From assembly GCA_964607795.1 (NCBI GenBank), contig CAZSLA010000002.1, forward strand, positions 1 to 50,886: 50,886 bases of DNA, written 5' to 3'. How positions within the stretch are numbered: the stretch's first letter is position 1; every line of letters starts with the position of its first letter. Positions 25,909 through 35,324 of the stretch are shown piece by piece. Position numbers and translations under genes: made by a program. Under the pieces are notes generated by a model, which worked only from the letters and a program-made list of their open reading frames with translations, searched no databases and was not told the origin of the DNA. This DNA comes from an uncultured Gammaproteobacteria bacterium. Lineage in GTDB: Bacteria > Patescibacteriota > Microgenomatia > UBA8517.

Positions 25909-26619
25909 TTACTCACCTACAAAGATGCCTGTAGAAGTTTCCCCGTCCACAATTTGCCATTCGCCATCAAAGTGTTTGATGGTACCCGACATCTGGGGCA
26001 CACCTGTGATGCTTGTATCCGAGCTAAAAACGCCGTAAGGCCCATGCGCCGGCTCGCCAAGCAAGCCTTGGGGCGTGCCAAAGGTACTCATAGTAATAAA
26101 CCAAGCGTCGGACTCCTCACCAAGCTCAAAGCTAAACTTGCCATCATTACTTGTGAGTTTGTCAGTGTCGGTTTGCAAATGCCACTGGGTAGAAAGCTTG
26201 CCCACGAGCTTGCCCTTGCTATTTCGGAAGCGAAGCGTGATTGTCCCCTCACTAACGCCTTCATCGTAGCGGAATTTTCCGGAGGATTCCGAGCCCAAAA
26301 GAATATCGCGTTCGACTTCCGCACTGTTAAGTTCGCTTGTGCCGGGAACACCTTGAGTAATGCCGTCTGCCGTGTCATATAAAATCTCGTAGTCCAGTGT
26401 TGCGGCTTCAAGCCCCAGATCAGTCATTTTCATAATCAAATAATGGCCGTCTTCAGTAGGGGTCAAGCTCACCACCGGCCTTTGGTCAAAGGGAATTTCG
26501 ACAACAGACTCTTCGTCCCCCGGGGCGCTGTCGTCGTTTTTGCCCCGCAGGAGGAAAAACCCACCAACCAGAATAAATGCCCCTAAAACAAACAAACCAA
26601 GTGGTAAATATTTTTTCAT
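25909..26619 (-). CDS. Hypothetical membrane-anchored or secreted protein
   Basis: 236 aa with an N-terminal hydrophobic anchor (MKKYLPLGLFVLGAFILVGGFFLL) followed by an acidic, beta-rich domain. Abuts the glyQS stop. Confidence 0.6.
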   Translation of the reverse strand: MKKYLPLGLFVLGAFILVGGFFLLRGKNDDSAPGDEESVVEIPFDQRPVVSLTPTEDGHYLIMKMTDLGLEAATLDYEILYDTADGITQGVPGTSELNSAEVERDILLGSESSGKFRYDEGVSEGTITLRFRNSKGKLVGKLSTQWHLQTDTDKLTSNDGKFSFELGEESDAWFITMSTFGTPQGLLGEPAHGPYGVFSSDTSITGVPQMSGTIKHFDGEWQIVDGETSTGIFVGE

Positions 26620-27999
26620 TTAACTTTCTTTATTCTTCAGATAATCAAAGATTTTGTCAATAGCGACCCGCGTTTGGACCTTGCTGTCACGTTCGCGGAT
26701 GGTAACACTGTCGTCCACAAGCGTGTCAAAATCAATGGTTACGGAGTAGGGCGTGCCGATTTCGTCCTGCGAAGCATAACGCTTGCCAATATTGCCACGG
26801 CTATCCCAGGCAGTGGTGTAGCGGGTACGAAGTATATCAAACACACTTTGCGCCATGACCACAAGCTTGGGCTTATTGGCCAAAAGCGGAAATACGGCCA
26901 GGAAATAAGGCGCAAGCGCGGGCTTGATTTGCAAGGTCACTCTACCATCCCCCTCATGATATCCGTCCAGTAAAACTGCAAGCATACTTCTGTCCATGCC
27001 AAAAGTAGGCTCAATAACGTGGGGAATAAACTTTTTTCCGTCCGTAGGGTCGGTATAGCGCAGGTCCACCCCAGACTTTTCTATGTGATTTCTCAGATCA
27101 TAATCCCCGCGGTATGCCAAGCCATAAAGTTCTTTAAATCCAAAAGGAAAATTATATTCAATATCTTTGGTTAAGCTTGAATAATGCGAGCGCTCCTCGT
27201 CTGTGTGCGTGCGCCAGCGCAGATTCTCTGGCCGCAAACCCAGGACCTCGGTGCTCCACGCCCACATGGTTTTTTCCCACATTTGGTAAAGCTCCTGCCA
27301 ATTGCTTACCTCGGGATTAAAAAAATACTCAAACTCAGCCAAATTAAACTGTAAGGTTCTGTGGATAAATTTACCCGGGGTAATTTCGTTTCTAAAAGCC
27401 ACGCCGCTTTGAGCCAGGCCAAAAGGCAATTTAGGAGCAAGAGTATCAAGAACGTTTTTGAAATTGACAAACATGCCCTGGGCAATTTCGCCGCGCAAAT
27501 AAGTCAAGGACTTTTCGCCGGCAAGGATGCCGATGTGGGTTTCAAACAAGTTGTTGAATTTTCTAGGCTTGGTCCAGTTAAATTTGCCGCACTTGGGGCA
27601 AGGAATTTTATTTTTCTCAATTTTTTCCTCTAGATCACGCGTACATAAGCCCTCGACTTTTAGATCTTTTCCTTTGCTGGCAAAATAATCTTCAATCAAA
27701 TGATCCGCGCGTGTTCTGAATTGGCAATTTTTGCAATCAATCAAAACATCGGCAAAGTTTGCTACATGACCCGACGCCTCCCAAATAGCGGGGTTCATAA
27801 GGACGCTTGTATCCAGGCCGAACATGTCGGGGCGCTTGGTAACAAAAAAATTCCACCAGGCATTTTTGATGTTGCGCATTAGTTCCACTCCCATGGGACC
27901 GTAGTCATAAGTGTTGGCCAGCCCGCCATAAATCTCCGACCCGGGATAGACAAAGCCGCGTCTTTTAGCCAAACTGACCACTTTTTCCATCAAATCCAT
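26620..27999 (-). CDS. glyQS: Glycine--tRNA ligase (homodimeric alpha2 type)
   Basis: 459 aa starting with RRGFVYPGSEIYGGLANTYDYGPMGVELMRNIK, followed by FRNEITPG and FGMDR. Characteristic of GlyQS. Confidence 0.95.
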   Translation of the reverse strand: MDLMEKVVSLAKRRGFVYPGSEIYGGLANTYDYGPMGVELMRNIKNAWWNFFVTKRPDMFGLDTSVLMNPAIWEASGHVANFADVLIDCKNCQFRTRADHLIEDYFASKGKDLKVEGLCTRDLEEKIEKNKIPCPKCGKFNWTKPRKFNNLFETHIGILAGEKSLTYLRGEIAQGMFVNFKNVLDTLAPKLPFGLAQSGVAFRNEITPGKFIHRTLQFNLAEFEYFFNPEVSNWQELYQMWEKTMWAWSTEVLGLRPENLRWRTHTDEERSHYSSLTKDIEYNFPFGFKELYGLAYRGDYDLRNHIEKSGVDLRYTDPTDGKKFIPHVIEPTFGMDRSMLAVLLDGYHEGDGRVTLQIKPALAPYFLAVFPLLANKPKLVVMAQSVFDILRTRYTTAWDSRGNIGKRYASQDEIGTPYSVTIDFDTLVDDSVTIRERDSKVQTRVAIDKIFDYLKNKES

Positions 28000-28071
28000 A
28001 TATTTGATTATACGACAATTTTCTTTGAATTAAAAAGCTTTGTCATTTGCCTTTTCTCAAGCTAAATATAA

Positions 28072-28614
28072 TTAATTCAACAACTTTTTCCCTACCCGTA
28101 CGGAATTTAGCTTGCGCTCGAGGACCTCGGAAAGCTCATAGTCAGGGTCCAACATGGGCTTGTCTTTTGGCCAGAATCCTAGAAGAACCAAAAGCTCGTT
28201 GATAAAATTTGCTCTTAGATTTTTGAGCTTATCTGTCTTTTCCAGCCTCGAGAGATATGTACCCACCAGCCCAAAAAGATGCTCGTTGGCTTCCTCAGGC
28301 GGGCTGACCCGCCCAACAACTTCCATAAAATAATACGCGAGGGTCATTTTTTTTAGATCTTGCCTAAGTTTTGGGAAGCCACGGATGGTTTTTACTTCGG
28401 TCAAGTAGCCCAAGCTTCCGCCCCTTAGCTGAGCGGAAAAATCGATTAAATTAAATATTTCCAGATGCCCACGCTTTTTACTTTTCATGCGGCGCACGCC
28501 TTTGGCAATAAAGGTCATTTTACCTTTGTGTTTTGTAAGAAGAGTGATAATTTTGTCTGTTTCGGAATAATTGCTGCGCTTGAGGACCAGGCCTTGCGAT
28601 TTAATTTGCCACAT
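28072..28614 (-). CDS. recO: DNA repair protein RecO
   Basis: The OB-fold N-terminus (SQGLVLKRSNYSETDKIITLLTKHKGKMTFIAKG) and helical C-terminus fit RecO. I prefer the ATG at 28614 (MWQIKS...), 1 nt after the upstream stop. The track ORF begins at 28650. Confidence 0.78.
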   Translation of the reverse strand: MWQIKSQGLVLKRSNYSETDKIITLLTKHKGKMTFIAKGVRRMKSKKRGHLEIFNLIDFSAQLRGGSLGYLTEVKTIRGFPKLRQDLKKMTLAYYFMEVVGRVSPPEEANEHLFGLVGTYLSRLEKTDKLKNLRANFINELLVLLGFWPKDKPMLDPDYELSEVLERKLNSVRVGKKLLN

Positions 28615-28615
28615 A

Positions 28616-30673
28616 TCACAAATCAAACCTAAAATCCGAGTCAGTTGCAAGGAAAAACTCCTCTGTGGAGCCGCCTATATTTATCGTGTACAAAGGCTTG
28701 TCTTTGCCGGGCTGCTTTTGGATCAAAAGCTTGTATTCATCAGTCAGCTTAAACGGCAGTTTGTAGCTCACGATTATTTTTTTGACGCCTTGAGGCCGAA
28801 GCTCAAAGCCTCCAGAGATAACCGTTTTTTCATGCTCAACATAAGTTTCCCCCGGGTCTTCAAAGCCCTCCACCCCCAAAATTTCCGAACCTTCGGGAAT
28901 GTAAATCCTAGTCCAGTTGGGCAGCACCGAGTTGAGCCAACCATCATAATCCTGGGGATTTTTGTATGTTATAGTCAGGGTTTTACTTACTGAGCCATCC
29001 TCGGCTATTTCAATATCCTGGGCAACTTCCTCGGTCACATACAAGTTGGACTTGCGGCCGCCCAAATTGGCGTCATTGATATGCAAGTAATCACACTCGC
29101 TATTTTTTATTTTGCCGGCCAAATCAAAGGACTCCACGCCGGCTTGTGCCTTGTCATCAAAAACATACACCAAAACATGTTTTTCATTAACAGACCTTAA
29201 ACCAGCCATAAACAAGTCAGGCAATTTTTCTTTCTCCTGTCCCAGGGCATTACTGATAATTGAGTTCATGAGGGGCCCCACAATTTTCTTTCGGTTTTCA
29301 TAATTATCCGGGGCATAGATGATCTTGTCCGGCTCGTTTTCGCTCCAGACAATCGGACCTTCAACATCGGCAAAACTTTCAAGCTCATAGATCACCTGCG
29401 GACAATTGCAGCGCTCGTCAATCTCTGTGCTGAAATTGCCAAAACCGGGAACACCTATGGGGCCGATGACATTTAGTATATTCACCACCACATGCGTATC
29501 AACCGCTACAACGCCATCAATATCATCTATACCGGCGCGCCTAGCTTCCTCCAAGAAAAGCTCCATGCTGGCCCGAAAGTCCGGGTTCCAGTTCATGTCT
29601 CGCAGCCTGTAATTATCATTTATAAGATATGCTCCCTTCAGATAATCGACAATTGGCTTGGGCGCATCCACTCGCGGTGTGTAATTATCATCCAAGTTAT
29701 AAATATCACTTGAGGAGACTTGATTAAACTTGCCGTCGTTGACGGTCATAATTGAGTAGGCTGTGATGAAGCCCCCGGTCGGCCGTAGCTCTTTGTCGTT
29801 TTGAAACAGCACTAAATAGGTGCGTTCCTCATTTATGCCCAAAAGGTATGGGGCCGCCTCCATCAATGGTTTACTTTGCGCTATGATGCCGGCCATTTCC
29901 TCGGCCAGAGAAATCGCGTTTTTAAGCTTACTGCGCACTTCTCTTCCGCGGAAAGTTTTGGGGTAGCGCTTTGGGTCAATTTTGCTAATTTCGGCCTGGG
30001 TTTTGGCAGCATTTTGGGATATTTCATCCATCTTCGGGAGTACACCCTCAATGGTTTTGACAATAAAATCAATCCTATCATTGGCTGTTTCCTCACCGCT
30101 TTTAGCCTCCGCCCCTCCCGCAAAGCCGATCACATCCGCATATGGCTTAATAGTTTCAATTGAAAGCTGGGCCGTGTCCAGGCCATATTTGCCGGCAGCA
30201 ATTGCGGCTTCGCCATCGTGCCAATAAGTGCGAAGCACGGGGATGTATTTCAGATAGGCCGTACGCTTAAAAGCCTTTTCAAAGCCCATTAGCTCGTTTT
30301 CCAGTTTGGTGACTTCGCTCTCCACGATGTTTATATTCTGGGCCGCAACAGATGCTTGGAGAACCTGTGCCTGGGTATAGAGCCTGGTGCCGCTTTTATA
30401 CATGCCCCACGCGGGCCAAAGGACCAAAACCCCAAAAAGCAAGGTAAGAAAAAGAAGCACTCCCAAAGTCACAAAAACCATTTTTTTTCTCCGCCTTAAA
30501 CCATTGAAACTAAAGCCTTTTTTTTTGCCCACAGGTACCCCTTGAATTTTCTCCTCGGGCTCAATATCACAGTCCTCAGCCTGGGTATCCGGCTTAATTT
30601 TTCGCATCTCAAGCCCTTCAGGGTCCAAAATTGAGCGAGGTTTGATTTGTTTCATATCAAAAGTGTCATTCAT
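28616..30673 (-). CDS. DUF4012-family membrane-anchored extracytoplasmic protein
   Basis: 685 aa: a charged N-terminus, one TM helix, then a large domain containing LFQNDKELRPTGGFITAYS. I recall this as the hallmark of DUF4012 proteins found beside polysaccharide loci. Confidence 0.7.
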   Translation of the reverse strand: MNDTFDMKQIKPRSILDPEGLEMRKIKPDTQAEDCDIEPEEKIQGVPVGKKKGFSFNGLRRRKKMVFVTLGVLLFLTLLFGVLVLWPAWGMYKSGTRLYTQAQVLQASVAAQNINIVESEVTKLENELMGFEKAFKRTAYLKYIPVLRTYWHDGEAAIAAGKYGLDTAQLSIETIKPYADVIGFAGGAEAKSGEETANDRIDFIVKTIEGVLPKMDEISQNAAKTQAEISKIDPKRYPKTFRGREVRSKLKNAISLAEEMAGIIAQSKPLMEAAPYLLGINEERTYLVLFQNDKELRPTGGFITAYSIMTVNDGKFNQVSSSDIYNLDDNYTPRVDAPKPIVDYLKGAYLINDNYRLRDMNWNPDFRASMELFLEEARRAGIDDIDGVVAVDTHVVVNILNVIGPIGVPGFGNFSTEIDERCNCPQVIYELESFADVEGPIVWSENEPDKIIYAPDNYENRKKIVGPLMNSIISNALGQEKEKLPDLFMAGLRSVNEKHVLVYVFDDKAQAGVESFDLAGKIKNSECDYLHINDANLGGRKSNLYVTEEVAQDIEIAEDGSVSKTLTITYKNPQDYDGWLNSVLPNWTRIYIPEGSEILGVEGFEDPGETYVEHEKTVISGGFELRPQGVKKIIVSYKLPFKLTDEYKLLIQKQPGKDKPLYTINIGGSTEEFFLATDSDFRFDL

Positions 30674-30724
30674 CCCTTCATACTACTATAAATTGATAAA
30701 CTTGTCTTTATAAATTATATAAAA

Positions 30725-31366
30725 TTACAAGGCGCCCTTGCCGGATAGCATAACAATTGGAGTTTTAAGCAGAATTAAAAAGTCCAAAAAAAGCGATTTC
30801 TTTTGAGCATAATAAGCATCCATTTTGATCCTTTGATCAAAATTTACCTCGCTTCTGCCGGTCACTTGCCAGTAGCCGGTTATTCCGGGCTTGACTTTGA
30901 GCATTTGTTTAACGTATTTTTTCGTGCCAGGAAATTTTTTTTGCTGCAGCTCGAGCTCTTCGGCGTAATACGGCCTGGGACCCACAATGCTCATTTCGCC
31001 CCTTAAAACATTTACCAATTGCGGCACTTCATCGATAGAGTGGCGCCTTAGGACCTTGCCCACTTTGGTAATTCTGGGGTCATCTTTGATTTTGTAGTTG
31101 CCGGCTTCTTGCTGTTCCTTCAAGGCCTTTCTAAATTTAGGATTGGTTTTTAGAAGTTCATACGCATTTACGATCATCGAGCGGAATTTATAAGCGCAAA
31201 AAGGTTTGCCATTTTGCCCCACGCGCGGCGGAGTATCGGCAAAAATTGGACCCTGGGAGGTAAGCTTAATGACAATTGCAGAAATTAAAATCACGGGAGA
31301 AAAAACAATTAGAAGAATTATCGAGCCAACAATATCTATGCTTCTTTTGATAACAAAATACCACAT
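30725..31366 (-). CDS. Small monotopic phosphoglycosyl transferase (bacterial sugar transferase, PglC/WbaP C-terminal type)
   Basis: 213 aa with an N-terminal re-entrant helix and the motif DEVPQLVNVLRGEMSIVGPRP. Confidence 0.9.
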   Translation of the reverse strand: MWYFVIKRSIDIVGSIILLIVFSPVILISAIVIKLTSQGPIFADTPPRVGQNGKPFCAYKFRSMIVNAYELLKTNPKFRKALKEQQEAGNYKIKDDPRITKVGKVLRRHSIDEVPQLVNVLRGEMSIVGPRPYYAEELELQQKKFPGTKKYVKQMLKVKPGITGYWQVTGRSEVNFDQRIKMDAYYAQKKSLFLDFLILLKTPIVMLSGKGAL

Positions 31367-31372
31367 ACTTGG

Positions 31373-32491
31373 TTAGAGATATTCCTCTTTTTTTAATTCT
31401 TTTAATCTGGCCACTATTTGTTTGACATTTTGTGCCTTACTTTTACTACACACCAAAAGGGCTTCTTTTGTGTCAACCACCACGACATTATCTACATCAA
31501 TAACTGCGATCAGTCTGCCGTCTGTGTGAATGAGCGCCTCTGAAGTGTCCAAATTAATAATATGTCCTCCCGGCTCGCCACCATCAATTATTACATTGCC
31601 CATATGGTCTTTTTTCGAATTCTCCCAAACCTCCTTCCAGTCCCCGATATCAGTCCAGAAAAAATCGGCAACACAAACCATCATATTTTTCTCTTTTTCG
31701 GCAACGGCATAATCAATAGCTATTTTTGGCATTTTCTCGTACGAAGCTCTTATTTGCCTTACCTCGTCTTTCGTACCCAATGCTAGGACTATATCATCTA
31801 GGTGGCATTTAACATCCGGCGCATGCTTGGTAAGAGAAGCAAGAAGGCTATCTGCACGCCAGACAAACTGCCCGGCATTCCAATAATAATCACGTGAGGC
31901 CGTATACTTTTTGGCAAGATTCAAGGGTGGTTTTTCAACAAATTTCTCAAGCCTGTAAAAATTAATGCCATTTTCTTCTTTGACCTTTTTGCCCCGTTTA
32001 ATGTGCCCCAAGCCCGTGTGCGGGTATCTGGCCTCCACACCGATGGCAATTAGCACCCCATCTTCATAAGCCACTTTGGCGGCCGCCTTTAATGTTTTTA
32101 AGTATGTTGGAACCGGCCGCACAAGGCGGTCTGCAGCCTCAGTTACGATAACTGCATCCGGGTCTTTTTTGTGAATATAAGCCGCACCTAGTCCATGAGC
32201 CGGGCCGGTTTCGCGCCTAGCAGGTTCGACTAAAATATTTTTTGACAAAAATCCGGGAATCTCTTTTAATATTTCATTTTTGTAAGTATCAGATACAGTC
32301 ACACAAAATATTCTTTCTCTGGGGAGCGTCTTGCGAAAACGTTCATACGTTATTTGCATAAGTGTTCTACTTTCAAACATCTTCAAAAATTGCTTCGGCG
32401 TCTTATTGGTGGATTTTGGCCACAGACGCGTGCCACCACCGCCTGCAAGTATTAAGGCGTAAAGATGCTCTTTATATGCTTCACCGTTCAT
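31373..32491 (-). CDS. Mannose-1-phosphate guanylyltransferase-like sugar nucleotidyltransferase
   Basis: 372 aa with N-terminal LILAGGGGTRLWP, and IAIDYAVAE / DIGDW as in ManC/CpsB-type enzymes. No C-terminal cupin domain. Confidence 0.82.
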   Translation of the reverse strand: MNGEAYKEHLYALILAGGGGTRLWPKSTNKTPKQFLKMFESRTLMQITYERFRKTLPRERIFCVTVSDTYKNEILKEIPGFLSKNILVEPARRETGPAHGLGAAYIHKKDPDAVIVTEAADRLVRPVPTYLKTLKAAAKVAYEDGVLIAIGVEARYPHTGLGHIKRGKKVKEENGINFYRLEKFVEKPPLNLAKKYTASRDYYWNAGQFVWRADSLLASLTKHAPDVKCHLDDIVLALGTKDEVRQIRASYEKMPKIAIDYAVAEKEKNMMVCVADFFWTDIGDWKEVWENSKKDHMGNVIIDGGEPGGHIINLDTSEALIHTDGRLIAVIDVDNVVVVDTKEALLVCSKSKAQNVKQIVARLKELKKEEYL

Positions 32492-33554
32492 TTATTTCAG
32501 ATAATAATTTTTCTTTAAAATTCTCAAAGGAAAATTTTTTTACACTTTTTGCTATGTAATTGCTATCAAACTGCATTTTTTCAAACCTGTCAATAGCCTG
32601 ATTTAAGCTGTTGCTTGTTTGTTTTTCAAAAAAAATGCCGGTTTTCGTATTTTCTATTGTATCAAGACTGCCACCTTTTTTAAATGCAATCACGGGTATA
32701 CCCATGCTTTGGGCTTCAATGCCAACCAGGCCAAAATCCTCATGCTGCGGCATGATCAGAGCCTTTGCATTTTTATACAGATAGTTTAGCTCGCGCTCAG
32801 CGGCAAAACCATAAAAATAAATATTATGCTTCGCGAGTTTTTGTAATTTTTTTTGCTCATGGCCTACACCAACTATTATTAAATTTCTCCCGCTTTTATT
32901 AAATGAATCAACAGCGATATTCACTTTTTTATATGAAACTAATCTGGAAACCACCAGATAATAATTATCAAAGGGCAAATTCACTTTTTTAATTTTTCGA
33001 TTGCCCTTTAAGGGGGGGTGTATAACCACGGAATCAAGATGATAATACTTTTTAATTCTCTTTTGTACCTCGCATGAAATGGCAAGATATTTATCCGGCC
33101 TATTTGAGGCAATCAAATCCCAGTTGCGTAAATATCTGATGAATGGCTTTGATACAGTTTTATTAAATGAAGTAGAAAAATAATCACTGTAACCGCTCCA
33201 TAAGTATCTGGTGGGTGTAAGACAGTAACAGATGTGCTTAGTGTTTGGCTTGGTAATAATTCCCTTGGCAGCTTCACTGGTGACGCTTATCACCAAATCG
33301 TACTCGGAAAAATCAAAAGCCTCAAAAACCAAAGGCATTGCCAGAGCCAAAGCCTCGTGTTTGTTTCTCAAAAATTTTATTTTTTGCAAAAAGGATGTTT
33401 TAGTTTCGTGAAATACTTTTGCCCAGGAAGCTGTCCTTGGACTATACACCGAAGTGTACAAAACCGCCTCGGGAAATATTTTATGAAGCGTTAGCAAAAC
33501 ACGTTCTGCCCCGCCCCACTTGTTTACTCTGTCATAAACAATAGCTGTTTTCAC
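32481..33554 (-). CDS. Glycosyltransferase family 4 (GT-B)
   Basis: 357 aa with the EX7E region HEDFGLVGIEAQSMGIPVIA. Confidence 0.85.
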   Translation of the reverse strand: MKTAIVYDRVNKWGGAERVLLTLHKIFPEAVLYTSVYSPRTASWAKVFHETKTSFLQKIKFLRNKHEALALAMPLVFEAFDFSEYDLVISVTSEAAKGIITKPNTKHICYCLTPTRYLWSGYSDYFSTSFNKTVSKPFIRYLRNWDLIASNRPDKYLAISCEVQKRIKKYYHLDSVVIHPPLKGNRKIKKVNLPFDNYYLVVSRLVSYKKVNIAVDSFNKSGRNLIIVGVGHEQKKLQKLAKHNIYFYGFAAERELNYLYKNAKALIMPQHEDFGLVGIEAQSMGIPVIAFKKGGSLDTIENTKTGIFFEKQTSNSLNQAIDRFEKMQFDSNYIAKSVKKFSFENFKEKLLSEINER

Positions 33555-34204
33555 TATTCAAAATACCTGCCTTTTGTTTTGTAAATTAATATTATTAAGG
33601 CCACTAGCGAACCAAGTACGAGTATCGGATTGGCGCTGTAAATAGCAGCATTAAACAAAAAGTAGGCGGGTAAATTGTAAACAAGATGTGCCGTGATACT
33701 TGCCAATAGAAACGGCAAAAAGGGCATTTTCAAGATTCCGGCTCCATAAGTAATTACTTCTGAAAGTACTACTGTTCCAAGCACTCGATACAAAAAAACC
33801 ATTTCAAAACCTCGTTCTTTTTTAAACTTTAGGCTTTTTATTTTTTTCACTAAACTTTCGTCAAATAATTTTTTCAGGATTTTAAAGCCATATTTTCTGC
33901 CAATGTAGTATGTAACAATAGAACCTATGATATTTCCGATTAAGTCAGATAAATATGCCAGTTGCCAGCCCATAAAGGGGATAGATCCCCAGGACAAAAA
34001 ACCTCCTGGAATCGGTGGCCAGATAATGCCTATGATTTTAATAAGCACGATTATCGAAAACAAAAGAAACACGTTTTGCTTAGCCCAAACAAGAAACGTA
34101 TTATAGTGGGGGGAAGTTATAAAAACTAAATACAGGACGACTGTGACAAATAAGGATAGAATAAAAATAATGAGGTTAATATTTTTTTTAAGCAGCTTCT
34201 TCAT
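33554..34204 (-). CDS. DedA / TVP38-TMEM64 (VTT domain) family membrane protein
   Basis: 216 aa polytopic protein with PPIPGG and GxxxGxxxxYxxGR-like (GNIIGSIVTYYIGRKYG) motifs. Confidence 0.68.
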   Translation of the reverse strand: MKKLLKKNINLIIFILSLFVTVVLYLVFITSPHYNTFLVWAKQNVFLLFSIIVLIKIIGIIWPPIPGGFLSWGSIPFMGWQLAYLSDLIGNIIGSIVTYYIGRKYGFKILKKLFDESLVKKIKSLKFKKERGFEMVFLYRVLGTVVLSEVITYGAGILKMPFLPFLLASITAHLVYNLPAYFLFNAAIYSANPILVLGSLVALIILIYKTKGRYFE

Positions 34205-35324
34205 ATATTTTTATTGAATCTTCCGCCATTTTTTTCCAACTATATTTTGCCAAAAGCACCTTTGCCTTTTTAGCAAAATCAAGCCTTTTTCCATTTTTCA
34301 TGCAATAAACATCGAGCATGGCTTTTTCAATCGAAGTAAAATCAAAGGGATTAAAATAATAAGCCGAATCATTATATATTTCCTTAAAAATGGGAATGTC
34401 GGAAACCAAGGCCATGGAGCCCACGGACATAGCCTCGAGCCCGGGCAGCCCAAAGCCTTCGGATAAAGAAGGATATAAAAAGCCGATAGAACTCTGGTAA
34501 AGAGCCGAAAGCTCGGCATCATTCACAAAACCCAAAAGCTTAACATAATCTTGTGCATTTAGGTCATGTACCAGCTTACTAAGCCTAGTTACAAATACTT
34601 CTCTGGGCGTCACCAAGACCAGCGATATTTTTTGTTTTCCGCCCAAACGGGTATTAAGAGAAACGTTGGCTTCTATGGCGCGGTTTAAGTTCTTGTGTGG
34701 ATATGCGCTACCGGCATAGATAAAGTACGGGCTTTTAATTTTGTATTTACGCATAATGTTTTTAACTACTTGTGGCCTTTGCTTTTTGATATTTTCATCA
34801 AGGCCCTCATAGGTAACAAAAATTTTTTCCTTATTTACATCATATACTTGGGATAGTTCGTTTTTGACAAAATTACTGGGTACAATTATTTTTCTGCTTT
34901 TTAGGACCGCATGTTTAAAAACTTTGTAATAGCCAAGCCGCTTAATTTGATAAAACAAGGGGTTTAAGGTTGTTGCGTCCAGGCCTTTTTGCTTGTGCAT
35001 CAAAAGGTCATGGATAGTCACCACAAAAGGAATATTTGCACTGATTGGCACATTAAAGTGAGGAAAATGAATAAAATCGATATTATGTTTATTGATGGTA
35101 GACGGCAACAAGATCTGTTCTTTTAAGCTGTAATGTTTAAAATCAACTAAGATCTGCTTGTAATTACCAGGGATGTCCCTGCTTTTAAAATATTTTTTGC
35201 GAAGAAGAAGCAAATATTTATTTTTTTTATCGACCTTCGGAATGTATTTTACCAAATTGGTTACATAGCGCCCGATGCCCGCGTGCTCCAGTCCATATAA
35301 TCTTGCATCAATTAAAATATTCAT
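34188..35324 (-). CDS. Glycosyltransferase family 4 (GT-B)
   Basis: 378 aa with SEGFGLPGLEAMSVGSMALVSD. Confidence 0.85.
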   Translation of the reverse strand: MNILIDARLYGLEHAGIGRYVTNLVKYIPKVDKKNKYLLLLRKKYFKSRDIPGNYKQILVDFKHYSLKEQILLPSTINKHNIDFIHFPHFNVPISANIPFVVTIHDLLMHKQKGLDATTLNPLFYQIKRLGYYKVFKHAVLKSRKIIVPSNFVKNELSQVYDVNKEKIFVTYEGLDENIKKQRPQVVKNIMRKYKIKSPYFIYAGSAYPHKNLNRAIEANVSLNTRLGGKQKISLVLVTPREVFVTRLSKLVHDLNAQDYVKLLGFVNDAELSALYQSSIGFLYPSLSEGFGLPGLEAMSVGSMALVSDIPIFKEIYNDSAYYFNPFDFTSIEKAMLDVYCMKNGKRLDFAKKAKVLLAKYSWKKMAEDSIKIYEEAA

